Shown: piece by piece, positions 19,682 to 28,987 of the stretch
Position numbering within the stretch: position 1 is the stretch's first letter
Layout of the letters: every line of letters starts with the position of its first letter
NCBI GenBank assembly: GCA_050014195.1
Contig: JBEKDT010000006.1
Location: 64,001-128,000 of the forward strand
Length of the DNA stretch: 64,000 nucleotides
Source of the DNA: Desulfomonilia bacterium
GTDB lineage: Bacteria; Desulfobacterota; Desulfomonilia; UBA1062
Direction of reading: 5' to 3'
Program-made: the position numbers and the translations under genes
The notes under the pieces: generated by a model
The model's input: the letters and a program-made list of their open reading frames with translations, nothing else
Database searches by the model: none
Told to the model about the DNA's origin: nothing

Positions 19682-20266
19682 CTATGGCGCGAGTTTGACA
19701 CGCCGCCTGATATTCTCTTTATCCAGGGAGCGCAGAAAGATCGGGTTCTCGAAAAAGATCGTGTTGAAATGAAAGTCGAACATCTCGTGGATCGCATCGT
19801 CTACTGTCCAGTCCTGAACAATGATCCGGTATGCGGCAACTATATATCCGGCTCTGTCTCTGCCATATTCGCAGTGCACGAATACGGGCCAGTTATCCGG
19901 GTTTTCTACGACCTTCAGGAAGATGACGAGATCGTGCTCGTCCGGAAACCCCGGTAGTTCGGGCAGCCAGAGGTATTTAAGCTTTGTACCGGAAAGCATG
20001 GGAAGGTCGTCTTCGGAATACTTGAGATTCACAATGGTCTTCGCCCCGGCTGCCTCAAGGTTATGGAATCCCTCGAGTGTCGGCTGGGAGCCGCGCCAGA
20101 GGGCTTCAGATACTTTGGCAAAATTGGGTACACCTTTGATGCACGTATCGCACGGCTTCTCCATCGCACGGCTCGGCGGTATGTATGGTCGGTGTGCGCA
20201 GCCCGTACTCATAACCAGGATACCGATGAGGATGCCGATAGAGGTGGTCCGCACTGATGTTAGCAT
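19682..20266 (-). CDS. protein-tyrosine/dual-specificity phosphatase family lipoprotein
   Basis: lipobox-like STGC; HCEYGRDRAG CX5R motif; RGSQP. Confidence 0.85.
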   Translation of the reverse strand: MLTSVRTTSIGILIGILVMSTGCAHRPYIPPSRAMEKPCDTCIKGVPNFAKVSEALWRGSQPTLEGFHNLEAAGAKTIVNLKYSEDDLPMLSGTKLKYLWLPELPGFPDEHDLVIFLKVVENPDNWPVFVHCEYGRDRAGYIVAAYRIIVQDWTVDDAIHEMFDFHFNTIFFENPIFLRSLDKENIRRRVKLAP

Positions 20267-20444
20267 TAAGACCCCTTTAAGCTTTTTAGTATCTGTCTTA
20301 TGCAGAATAGGGCTTCAAGTTACCAGAGAGCAGGCTGTTTTTCCAGTCATAAAACACGAAGAGGGCGTTTCCGGAACATGCAATTTGATACATTCCATCC
20401 GCTGAACGGCTGACATCAAAAAACAGTTGTAAGCCGACAGGCCG

Positions 20445-20483
20445 TCCCACGGGCAAACCCTTCGGGTTTAGCCCGTGCCACCC
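20445..20483 (-). repeat. REP-like palindrome GGGTGGCACGGGC...GCCCGTGGGA
   Basis: second copy at 38520-38558. Confidence 0.75.
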
Positions 20484-20520
20484 GAATAATATCGTTTTGT
20501 CCCAGCCACCCGCCCGTCTT

Positions 20521-20922
20521 CTAAACTGTCCCTGCTATGCGACGCCACACCTCTTCGCTATAGAAGTGCCTAACTAATTCTTCTACGACTTCTTGCCGAG
20601 CGCTCTTTGTACGGACTGGATAACCTATAAGTTTTGCTAATTCACGAAGCTTCTTTACTGACAGTTGCACGATCTGCATTTTTAATTCCTCCGGTTTATC
20701 TCGTAGCAACTGCAATGAGCTAACGAAAGAATCGTCTATAATTGTAGAATCCTTATTCCCCTTCTTCCTGGATGTGTAAGGGGTCGTTAGAGAGATGATC
20801 ATCTTGCCACCAAGTCGCTCAAGCCTTCCAACGCCCTTATTCCCGAAGAATCTCTCAACCAATTCCCTAAGCTCAACAGATAAAGGTTGCCCTGCTTCAT
20901 GAGAAAACTCAACCTTTGGCAT
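20521..20922 (-). CDS. hypothetical protein with C-terminal HeH/SAP/Rho-N-like helical motif
   Basis: LSVKKLRELAKLIGY...RQEVVEEL; start overlaps the ParA stop; AT-rich. Confidence 0.7.
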   Translation of the reverse strand: MPKVEFSHEAGQPLSVELRELVERFFGNKGVGRLERLGGKMIISLTTPYTSRKKGNKDSTIIDDSFVSSLQLLRDKPEELKMQIVQLSVKKLRELAKLIGYPVRTKSARQEVVEELVRHFYSEEVWRRIAGTV

Positions 20923-21889
20923 TGTAGGCATCCATCCTTTCACTTATTTCTTTCGTTATAGCCAATAGACATTCTTCAATTGTTGGTTGTCCAGAAGTAC
21001 GTCTTGTAAAATCATATCGTGAAAACTTGGTCTTCTCGCTAAGAAAGCGAGCGATAACGTCTAATCTTGGTATTACACCAATAAGAGCATTGTCTCCAAG
21101 AACTTCTCGTTCTGTTTTCTCTAAGTCGTTCTGTATGTTCTTTATGAGGTCCGACTCAGCCGATTGCTGGGAATACACCTTGCCGCCAGGTAAGCCACCT
21201 GTCCTGTTTATTGCGTTCAATACATAACCCAATAATCGTGGACGGTCGCCTGCCGGAATCTGCTTCACCCAACGTAAGAGTCTTGGCATACCATAAACAG
21301 AAATAGCATCTGGTATTGTGACTGGGAGATAAAAAGAACATGCTCTTAGCATTGCTTGGGTGAGAAACATCTTGTTGGGTGGGCAGTCAACAAGAACATA
21401 GTGATACTTATCATATCCGTTAAGGAGTTGTTTGCAATATAAAAAAAGTTCATTCACTCTTCGTTCTTCATCACCAACGAGACTCTTGGCTATCTCCATG
21501 TCCATGATATCGACATCGAAAGATCCACGCACGATGTGAAGGTTTTTGGGGCTTAGGCTATCAGGAACTTCAAAGACATAGCTTTCAAGATTAGTTTTTT
21601 TGAGCTTTGTCCATTTTGAAGGTTTAACAAGATTGTATATAGTCAACTCAGTCTTGCTTACCTCTGCTGGATCGAAACCAACAGCAAGTGAGAGACTGCA
21701 TTGAGGATCGATGTCAAATAGCAGGACTCTTTTACCTGTCGTTTCTGCTAGATAGTAACCAAGGAGACATACAAGAGTAGTTTTACCGACACCACCTTTG
21801 TAATTCGCAATACATATTGAGCCTGGATGCTTTGTTGCGACAAAAGCTTTCAACTCCGCCGCTTTTCCAGCTGAAACTAAGGTGCCCAT
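20909..21889 (-). CDS. ParA/Soj-family ATPase
   Basis: NYKGGVGKTT deviant Walker A, DIDPQ, VDCPP; AAGGAGG RBS before ATG 21889. Confidence 0.9.
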   Translation of the reverse strand: MGTLVSAGKAAELKAFVATKHPGSICIANYKGGVGKTTLVCLLGYYLAETTGKRVLLFDIDPQCSLSLAVGFDPAEVSKTELTIYNLVKPSKWTKLKKTNLESYVFEVPDSLSPKNLHIVRGSFDVDIMDMEIAKSLVGDEERRVNELFLYCKQLLNGYDKYHYVLVDCPPNKMFLTQAMLRACSFYLPVTIPDAISVYGMPRLLRWVKQIPAGDRPRLLGYVLNAINRTGGLPGGKVYSQQSAESDLIKNIQNDLEKTEREVLGDNALIGVIPRLDVIARFLSEKTKFSRYDFTRRTSGQPTIEECLLAITKEISERMDAYNAKG

Positions 21890-21937
21890 GTTCGGTGCCT
21901 CCTTTTTTCTTTGCTTCCCTTGTTTTCGAGTTAGCTT

Positions 21938-22014
21938 CTCCAACGGTTACTATGCTGCACTTTTGTAGTATATCTGGATAATACATGCTATCGTTTCAGT
22001 GTAGTGTGTTGGAG
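21938..22014 (-). other. attC-like imperfect hairpin / putative recombination site
   Basis: CTCCAAC ... GTTGGAG ends, 77 bp, inner arms ACTACACTG / CAGCATAGT. Confidence 0.45.
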
Positions 22015-22085
22015 TGATCAGGGTTGCATTACCATTCCACATCTGAACAAATACTCTATATCCTTAAAATTATCCAGCCAGAGAA

Positions 22086-22157
22086 AGATTCCTCGCTGTC
22101 GCTCGGAATGACATTATGTGAGTTAATTGGTGGGTTACGCTAAAGCTCCAATCACCC
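22086..22157. repeat. half palindromic element (...CTCGGAATGAC) plus degenerate GGTGGG REP
   Basis: related to repeats at 38600-38636 and 13823-13860. Confidence 0.55.
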
Positions 22158-22204
22158 ATGAAACTTACTCCCGGTTAGATTGATATTCTGTAGGTGTTTT
22201 TTCT

Positions 22205-22381
22205 TCCCCCTCTGAACCCGGTGAGCGAGTGCAGGAAAATTCGGGTTAAAGCGGATACTGTTTGAGCGAAGCGAGTTTATCCGCGGCCCGAATTTTACAA
22301 ACGAGCGAACGGACCCGAAGGGCGGGTTCATTGGGGTGCCTTTTCTTTCGTCCTTTCTTTGGGCATGCAAAGAAAGGACAA
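22205..22381. repeat. long structured intergenic repeat (MITE/REP-like)
   Basis: nested stems (GAACCCG/CGGGTTC, AAAATTCGGG/CCCGAATTTT, GCGGATA/TATCCGC), central GAGCGAAGCGAG, terminal GTCCTTTCTTTG...CAAAGAAAGGAC hairpin. Confidence 0.65.
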
Positions 22382-22388
22382 AAATAAA

Positions 22389-23216
22389 TTACTGTCTGAG
22401 CCTGGGATCAATCGCATCCCTGATGCCTTCACCCAGAAGGTTGTAGCCGAGCACGGTGATCAGGATGGCCATGCCCGGGAAGAACGAGAGCCACCAGGCG
22501 ATGCCGAGCACGTTCTGGCCCTGGGTGAGCATATTGCCCCAGCTCGGTGTGGGAGGCTGGACGCCGATGCCGAGGAAAGAGAGCGCCGATTCGGTGAGTA
22601 CGGCAGCCGCGATGCCCAGCGTGGCGGAAACGAGCACGGGTGCCATGGCGTTGGGCAGGATATGGCTGAATATAATGCGTGCATTGCTCGCCCCCATGGC
22701 CTTGACGGCCAGCACGAAGTCCCGCTCCTTCAAGGTCAGGAACTCGGCGCGCACCAGGCGCGTGATGCCCATCCATGAGGTGAATCCGATCACGGCCATG
22801 ATATTGAAGATGGAAGGCTCCATGAAGGCGATGACGGCCAGGATAAGAAAGAAGGATGGGAAGCAGAGCATGATATCTACGAAGCGCATGATGACAATAT
22901 CTATAAGCCCGCCATAGTAGCCTGATATTGCGCCCAGCACTGTGCCGATGAGCACTGCAATGCCCACGGCCACGAATCCGACCTTGAGCGAGATGCCTGC
23001 ACCGTAGAGCATGCGTGTGAACACATCGCGGCCCAGTTCGTCCGTACCGAAGAGGTGAGCCTTGGAAGGCGGGGCCAGGATCTTGTTTACATCGATCATG
23101 GTGGGGTCGTACGGTGCGATGTACTGTGAGGTGACGGACATCACAAAGAACCCGAGTACGATAAGAAGCCCGGTGAGCGCCAGCTTGTCCCTGAAGAGCC
23201 GTGCGAAGAATCCCAT
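22389..23216 (-). CDS. peptide ABC transporter permease (OppC/DppC)
   Basis: FGTDELGRD, HILPNA, ESALSFLG. Confidence 0.93.
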   Translation of the reverse strand: MGFFARLFRDKLALTGLLIVLGFFVMSVTSQYIAPYDPTMIDVNKILAPPSKAHLFGTDELGRDVFTRMLYGAGISLKVGFVAVGIAVLIGTVLGAISGYYGGLIDIVIMRFVDIMLCFPSFFLILAVIAFMEPSIFNIMAVIGFTSWMGITRLVRAEFLTLKERDFVLAVKAMGASNARIIFSHILPNAMAPVLVSATLGIAAAVLTESALSFLGIGVQPPTPSWGNMLTQGQNVLGIAWWLSFFPGMAILITVLGYNLLGEGIRDAIDPRLRQ

Positions 23217-23217
23217 A

Positions 23218-24192
23218 TCATGCCACCCGTATGCGAGGGTCTGCGATGCTGTAGGCGATGTCCGCAATGAGGTTGCCCATCAGGGTAAGCACTGCGCCGA
23301 TGGTGAGGCTGCCCATGATCATGTTGTAGTCTCTCATCATGATGGCCTCGTAAAAGAGCTTGCCCAGGCCGGGTATGGAGAAGATGCTCTCGAAGATGAC
23401 GCTGCCGCCGATGAGCCCGGGGATGGAGAGGCCTAAGATGGTGATGACAGGCAGCAAGGCGTTCCGCATGGCATGCTTGTAGATAACAGTTCGCTCAGGC
23501 AGGCCCTTGGCTCGGGCCGTGAGGATGTAGTCCTGCCTGATGATCTCCAGCATGCTGGAGCGCATATACCTGCTCATGCCCGCCAAAGACCCGAAGGCCG
23601 AGATGAAGACCGGCAGGAAGAGGTGCCGTGTGGTGTCAACCACCTTGCCCCAGAGCGGCAGGTTCAGGTATTCCGGCGAATGGATACCCGAGATGGGCAG
23701 CCAGCCGAGCCTCACGCCCAGAAGATCCATGCAGATGAGCGCCAGCCAGAAGCCCGGGATGGAAAAGCCGATGAACACGAATACCGTGATGACCCGGTCC
23801 AGTACACTGCCCCGGTTGAGCGCCGAGATGACACCAAGGGGAATGGCTGCCAGGAAGATGATGATCATGGAGGAGATGTTGATGTAGATGGTGATGGGTA
23901 GCCGCTCCTTGACCTTGTCCCACACGGGCCTGGCGTCCGATGAGATGGAGTTTCCGAAGTCGAGCAAAGCCAGGTTCTTCATCCACAGGAAGTACTGGGT
24001 GGTCAGAGGCTTGTCGAGCCCGTAATGCTTGTTCAGCTGCTCGATGGCCTGGGGCGTGATGTCGGGGTTCATCTGGGTCTGCAGGTCCGTGGGTGAGCCC
24101 GGCGCCAGATGGATCACCGCAAAGCACACGATCGTTATGCCGATGAAGGTGGGGATGAGAATGGCAAGGCGCCTGATCAGATAGCCCGACAC
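23218..24192 (-). CDS. peptide ABC transporter permease (OppB/DppB)
   Basis: TARAKGL EAA loop, [10 protein letters not shown]; GTG start 24192 after AAGGAGG. Confidence 0.93.
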   Translation of the reverse strand: MSGYLIRRLAILIPTFIGITIVCFAVIHLAPGSPTDLQTQMNPDITPQAIEQLNKHYGLDKPLTTQYFLWMKNLALLDFGNSISSDARPVWDKVKERLPITIYINISSMIIIFLAAIPLGVISALNRGSVLDRVITVFVFIGFSIPGFWLALICMDLLGVRLGWLPISGIHSPEYLNLPLWGKVVDTTRHLFLPVFISAFGSLAGMSRYMRSSMLEIIRQDYILTARAKGLPERTVIYKHAMRNALLPVITILGLSIPGLIGGSVIFESIFSIPGLGKLFYEAIMMRDYNMIMGSLTIGAVLTLMGNLIADIAYSIADPRIRVA

Positions 24193-24202
24193 GGCCCCTC
24201 CT

Positions 24203-25858
24203 TCACTGCAGGGCAGTATATTTTTGCATGCCCTTGGGCACATACCACTTCTCAATGTTGTAGGTAATGCCGGCAGGGGCCGGGACGATCCCCTTGATGC
24301 GGGAACTCACCGCCGGCAGGCTGTAGGGTACATAGAGGAAGATGTAAGGCTGCTGATCTGCAAGGATCTCCTGAAAGCGGTCGTAGCATTGCTTGCGCTT
24401 TGTCTTATCATAGGTCTGCCTGCCGTCTTCGAGCAGCTTGTCCACCTCCGGGTCCTTGTAATTTACGAAGTTGAGGCCGCCTTTAACAGCCTGGCTTGAA
24501 TGCCATACATTGTACAGGTCCGGGTCCTGGAGAATGTTCCAGCCCAGGATCACTGCGTCGAAGTTGCCCTTGTCCACATATTCCTTCAGGAACACGGTCC
24601 ACTCGATGATGCGGATCTTTACCCCGATGCCGACGGCCTTGAGCCGCTGCTGGATGATCTGGGCCGTCTTCTCGCGCAAGGGGTTGCCCTGGTTGGTGAT
24701 GATGGTGATGGCAAGGTCGTGTCCGTCCTTCTCCACATAGCCGTCGCCGTTTCTATCAAGATAACCCGCCTGCATGAGGAGCTCGCGGGCCTTGTCCGGG
24801 CTGTAAGGGTACTTCGTGACATTGGTGTTGAACCACGTGGTGCCGGGCTTGTAAGGGCCGGTGGTCGGCTCACCCAGGCCGTTGAGGACACCTGTGATGA
24901 TCTCGCCCCGATCGATGGCATACGATATGGCCTGGCGTACCAGCTTATCGTCAAAGGGCTTCTTCTTCAGATTGAAGCCCAGGTAGGTGTATCCGTCGGA
25001 AAGAAACTTGTACTTTGTAAACAACCTGTTGAATTCCGTTGTCTCGGTCTGGCGGAGGTACTGCAACGGGGTAAGCCCCATCATGTCGATGCTTCCCGCC
25101 TTGAGCTCCAGGAACTCGGTGTTCTGGTCCGGGATGATGCGGTAGTTGATGCCCGTGAGGTATGGCATGCCGTCGAAGTACTTTTCGTTGGCCTTGACCG
25201 TAACCTTCTGGCCTGTCTGCCAGCTCACGAAGCTGAACGGGCCGGTGCCCACAGGGGCGCGGGCAAAGGGAGTCTTGGTAATGTCCTGGTCTTTTAAGAT
25301 ATGCTCGGGCAGCATCTGCAGGGCCCCCCAGCTGATAAGCGCAGGGGCCAGGGGCTTGTCGTATTCCACCTCGAAGGTGTACTCGTCGATGATGCGTGCC
25401 TTTTTCACAAGCTTATACTTTTCGGCGTAGGCCGTGGGCGTCTTGGGGTCGATGATGAGCTTGTAGGTGAACATGACGTCCCTGGCGGTGAACTTCTGCC
25501 CGTCATGCCAGAGCACGTCGTTACGCAGGTGGAAGCGCAGGAGCTTGCCGTCGTTTTCGATATCCCACGATCTGGCCAGGTCGCCCACGATGTTATAGTC
25601 CTTGTCATACTTGACGAGCCCGTTGAAGAGAAAGCCCGCCACCTCATGTGAGGAGGCATCGGAGGCGAGCATGGGGATCAGCGTGCTGGCATCGCCTATG
25701 GACGAGAGCACGAGAACATCTCCGTAGGCGGGCGTGAAGTCAGCGGCGGCCGGCTTGCCGTTGTTTGCGGGGATAACTGCCTTGTGATTCTCCTGAGAGC
25801 ATGCTACTATCAAGAAACAAGCCAATACCAATGCACTATATCTTTGAAATGAGCTCAT
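24203..25858 (-). CDS. peptide ABC transporter substrate-binding lipoprotein (family 5)
   Basis: lipobox [27 protein letters not shown]; start moved to ATG 25858. Confidence 0.92.
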   Translation of the reverse strand: MSSFQRYSALVLACFLIVACSQENHKAVIPANNGKPAAADFTPAYGDVLVLSSIGDASTLIPMLASDASSHEVAGFLFNGLVKYDKDYNIVGDLARSWDIENDGKLLRFHLRNDVLWHDGQKFTARDVMFTYKLIIDPKTPTAYAEKYKLVKKARIIDEYTFEVEYDKPLAPALISWGALQMLPEHILKDQDITKTPFARAPVGTGPFSFVSWQTGQKVTVKANEKYFDGMPYLTGINYRIIPDQNTEFLELKAGSIDMMGLTPLQYLRQTETTEFNRLFTKYKFLSDGYTYLGFNLKKKPFDDKLVRQAISYAIDRGEIITGVLNGLGEPTTGPYKPGTTWFNTNVTKYPYSPDKARELLMQAGYLDRNGDGYVEKDGHDLAITIITNQGNPLREKTAQIIQQRLKAVGIGVKIRIIEWTVFLKEYVDKGNFDAVILGWNILQDPDLYNVWHSSQAVKGGLNFVNYKDPEVDKLLEDGRQTYDKTKRKQCYDRFQEILADQQPYIFLYVPYSLPAVSSRIKGIVPAPAGITYNIEKWYVPKGMQKYTALQ

Positions 25859-25928
25859 ATACCCGCCACCATAGCAGAACAGATTCTCCTCGGCAAGACA
25901 CTGCGTTGAGGCAATTGAAGGAAGTCTT

Positions 25929-28900
25929 ATGAGATTCTTCTGCGATCTGCATATCCATTCCCGTTTTTCCAGGGCCACAAGTTCGAGCCTGACCATACCG
26001 GAACTCGGCAGGGCCGCTGTTCGTAAGGGCATAGCCGTGATCGGCACGGGAGACCTTACCCACCCTTCCTGGATAAAGGAGATGGAAGAGGAGCTTATCG
26101 AGGCCGAGCCGGGCTTGTACCGGCTCAAGAATGATCCGGCCCGGACACGCTTCATCCTGACCGGAGAGATCAGCACTATCTATAAGCAGGGCGATAAGGT
26201 CCGCAAGGTTCACCATGTCATCGGTGCGCCGGGTCTGGCCTCTGCAAAGAAGATAGGGGCCTCACTCGCAAAGGTCGGGAACATCCTCTCGGACGGAAGG
26301 CCCATCCTGGGGATCACATCGCGCAATCTGCTGGAGATAGTACTGGAGGCGAGCGCGGAGGCCTTTCTTATCCCGGCCCATATCTGGACCCCGTGGTTTT
26401 CGGCCCTCGGGTCGAAGTCCGGCTTCGACACCATCAAAGAGTGCTACCTCGACCTGGAACCCCATATCTTTGCCGTTGAGACAGGGCTGTCCTCCGACCC
26501 GCCCATGAACTGGATGGTCAGCAGCCTGGACCGCTATCACCTCGTCTCCAACTCGGATGCCCATTCGGCGGAAAAGCTGGGGCGTGAGGCAACGGTCTTT
26601 GATACCGGTCTGGACTATTATGCCATCCGTAAGGCCATGGCCACCGGTGACGGGCTGCTGGGCACCGTGGAGTTCTTCCCCGAAGAGGGCAAGTACCACC
26701 TGGACGGCCACCGGGACTGCTCCGTGGTGATCATGCCGGAAGAGACAAGAAGATATAAAGGGATCTGCCCGAAATGCGGCAAACCGCTCACCGTGGGTGT
26801 GTTGAACCGTGTGGAGGGGCTTGCCGACCGATCTGAAGGCGAGAAGCCGCAAAGTGCCAGGCCGTTCTATTCACTCATCCCGCTGGCTGAAATCCTCTCG
26901 GAGATCATGCAGGTCTCTAGCCCCACCAAGAAGGTGATGGCCGCGTCTGAAAGGCTTACGGAACGGCTCGGCGGCGAGTTGCCCCTGCTCATCGATATGG
27001 ATCTGGAAGAGATCAGATCCGCGGCGGGAGAAACTTTGGCCCTTGCCATCAAGCGCATGAGGGCAGGGGACGTGCACAAGGAGGCAGGGTACGACGGCAA
27101 GTTCGGCCGTGTACGGGTCTTTAGAGACAATGAGCAGGATATGCTCTTTGCCAAAGACTTTGCCGGTACCCCGGTGAGGAAGAAGAGGGCGGGGTCCGGG
27201 AAGAAAGATGCCCGACCTATCCTTGAAAAGGATCCGATACGGCTTGGTGTAGAACAGCAGGAGGCGGTTGAGTGGTCTACAGGGCCTCTTGCAGTCATAG
27301 CCGGTCCGGGCACGGGCAAGACGCGCGTCCTGGTGGAGCGGATCAGGCGGCTTTTGCAAAGGGGCGAAACCTCGATCCTGGCCGTTACCTTCACCAACCG
27401 CGCTGCAAGGGAGATTACGGACCGGCTCGGTTTGAGTGATTGTGGGAACAAGCCGGAGTCATACTGCGGCGGAACAACAATAACTGCCCCCTCACCCCCC
27501 CCTCTCCCCCTGGCAGGGGGAGAGGGCCAGGGAGAGGGGGTCGAAGTCTTCACCTTCCACTCCCTGGCGGCGCGCATCATGCACGAGGCAGGAATGAACT
27601 TCGAGATTGCCGATGAGTCCGTGCTGGAAAAGTTTGCTGCGCCTGCCATTGAAAAAGATGTAAAGAAATGGGCCCAGGACCTCATCTTCCGGCAGAGCAC
27701 GGTCAAAGAACTGGAAAGGGAGCAGGTAGCGCTTCTTGAGATCATGAAGTCACAAGGTTTCTTTACCTATGAAGGGCTCATCGCAGAGGCCACGCGGCTC
27801 GTTTCATCCGGGGTATGCACGAAGAGCTGGCAACATGTCATGGTGGACGAGTTCCAGGATATCAACCCCGTGCAGTACACCTTTCTCAATGCCTTGAGTA
27901 AAGGTGTTCGGAGCATCATGGTCATCGGCGATCCGAATCAGGCCATCTATGGATTCCGCGGGAGCAGCAAGGCGTCCTTTCATGACTTTATGCATGATAA
28001 TACCGGCTGTACACAGATACACCTGAGCACCACCCACCGCTTGAGCACCCAGATCGCAGAGGCATCCAATGCCTTTATCGGGAGTCAAGCCGTAAAAAGC
28101 CCCCGGGAGGGATCACCCATAAGGATCGTGCGGACCGATAAGCCGTATGACTTCCTTGCGCAGGAGATTGAGGCCCTTGCCGGAGGACTTACCCATTTAC
28201 GGGTGAAAAAGGCACATGGTGAATATGCCTTGAGCGACATCGCGGTGATCGTACGTACCCGGAACCAGGCATCACCTGTTATGGAGGCCCTTGCACGGGC
28301 ATCCATTCCCTATGATACCGCCTATGCCAGGCCGCTTTTTGAGATGAAAGGCATCAGGGAACGTGGAGAGCTGCTTATGGATAAAGGATGGGAGCATTCG
28401 GTAATCGGGGTGGGGGAGCGGGCCCTGGAATATATTGCATCAGGCATTGACCCCGCAGACGGGGCGGGGGAGAAGATCGCCGAGGCTTCAGGTTTTCTCA
28501 AAGGGTTGACCGGCGATGTACCGGGTAGAATCATGAAGATAGAGGAATCGGGGCTTTTCAAGCTGCCTCCTCTGGAAGCGGATAACCCTTTCTATCACTA
28601 TGCCCGTTTGTTTGCGGATGATATGGATGGATTCGTGGAGTACCTGAGGCTCAGCAATGACCAGGGTGCCTTAAGTACCGAGAAGGTCCATGTAATTACC
28701 GCACATGCGGCCAAGGGGCTCGAATTCAGTTGTGTCTTCATGGCGGGGCTCATCCGTGGGGTATTCCCGCTTGATAAGTCTTCTCTTGAGGAGGAGCAGA
28801 ACTTATTCTATGTAGCTATGACCAGGGCAAAAGAAATGCTCTATCTTGTATGTCCTCTTCAATCCGGATCGGAGTTCATGGACCGTATCCCTGTCCTGTA

Positions 28901-28964
28901 TATATCCGAGACGGAAGTGAGGCCCAAAAAACGAAAGCCCGGGCAGATGGTCTTGTTTGATTGA
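25929..28964 (+). CDS. PHP (endonuclease Q-like) domain fused to UvrD/Rep SF1 helicase
   Basis: DLHIHS, PAHIWTPW, NSDAHS, GKYH, CPKCG; AGPGTGKT, VDEFQD, GDPNQAIYGFRG, HAAKGLEF, YVAMTRA. Confidence 0.92.
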   Translation: MRFFCDLHIHSRFSRATSSSLTIPELGRAAVRKGIAVIGTGDLTHPSWIKEMEEELIEAEPGLYRLKNDPARTRFILTGEISTIYKQGDKVRKVHHVIGAPGLASAKKIGASLAKVGNILSDGRPILGITSRNLLEIVLEASAEAFLIPAHIWTPWFSALGSKSGFDTIKECYLDLEPHIFAVETGLSSDPPMNWMVSSLDRYHLVSNSDAHSAEKLGREATVFDTGLDYYAIRKAMATGDGLLGTVEFFPEEGKYHLDGHRDCSVVIMPEETRRYKGICPKCGKPLTVGVLNRVEGLADRSEGEKPQSARPFYSLIPLAEILSEIMQVSSPTKKVMAASERLTERLGGELPLLIDMDLEEIRSAAGETLALAIKRMRAGDVHKEAGYDGKFGRVRVFRDNEQDMLFAKDFAGTPVRKKRAGSGKKDARPILEKDPIRLGVEQQEAVEWSTGPLAVIAGPGTGKTRVLVERIRRLLQRGETSILAVTFTNRAAREITDRLGLSDCGNKPESYCGGTTITAPSPPPLPLAGGEGQGEGVEVFTFHSLAARIMHEAGMNFEIADESVLEKFAAPAIEKDVKKWAQDLIFRQSTVKELEREQVALLEIMKSQGFFTYEGLIAEATRLVSSGVCTKSWQHVMVDEFQDINPVQYTFLNALSKGVRSIMVIGDPNQAIYGFRGSSKASFHDFMHDNTGCTQIHLSTTHRLSTQIAEASNAFIGSQAVKSPREGSPIRIVRTDKPYDFLAQEIEALAGGLTHLRVKKAHGEYALSDIAVIVRTRNQASPVMEALARASIPYDTAYARPLFEMKGIRERGELLMDKGWEHSVIGVGERALEYIASGIDPADGAGEKIAEASGFLKGLTGDVPGRIMKIEESGLFKLPPLEADNPFYHYARLFADDMDGFVEYLRLSNDQGALSTEKVHVITAHAAKGLEFSCVFMAGLIRGVFPLDKSSLEEEQNLFYVAMTRAKEMLYLVCPLQSGSEFMDRIPVLYISETEVRPKKRKPGQMVLFD
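27487..27540. repeat. palindromic repeat translated in-frame within the helicase
   Basis: CCCCCTCACCCCCCCCTCTCCCCCTGGCAGGGGGAGAGGGCCAGGGAGAGGGGG; same family as 16578-16772. Confidence 0.8.
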
Positions 28965-28987
28965 GAATAAGGGGGTAGTTTTTTACT

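Noticed and set aside
22389-25858. opp/dpp operon lacking ATPase genes
   Set aside because: Split ABC operons are common; ATPases are probably elsewhere in the genome.
25859-26176. N-terminal extension of the peptide-binding protein ORF
   Set aside because: Overlaps the divergent EndoQ-UvrD gene; the lipoprotein signal begins at 25858.
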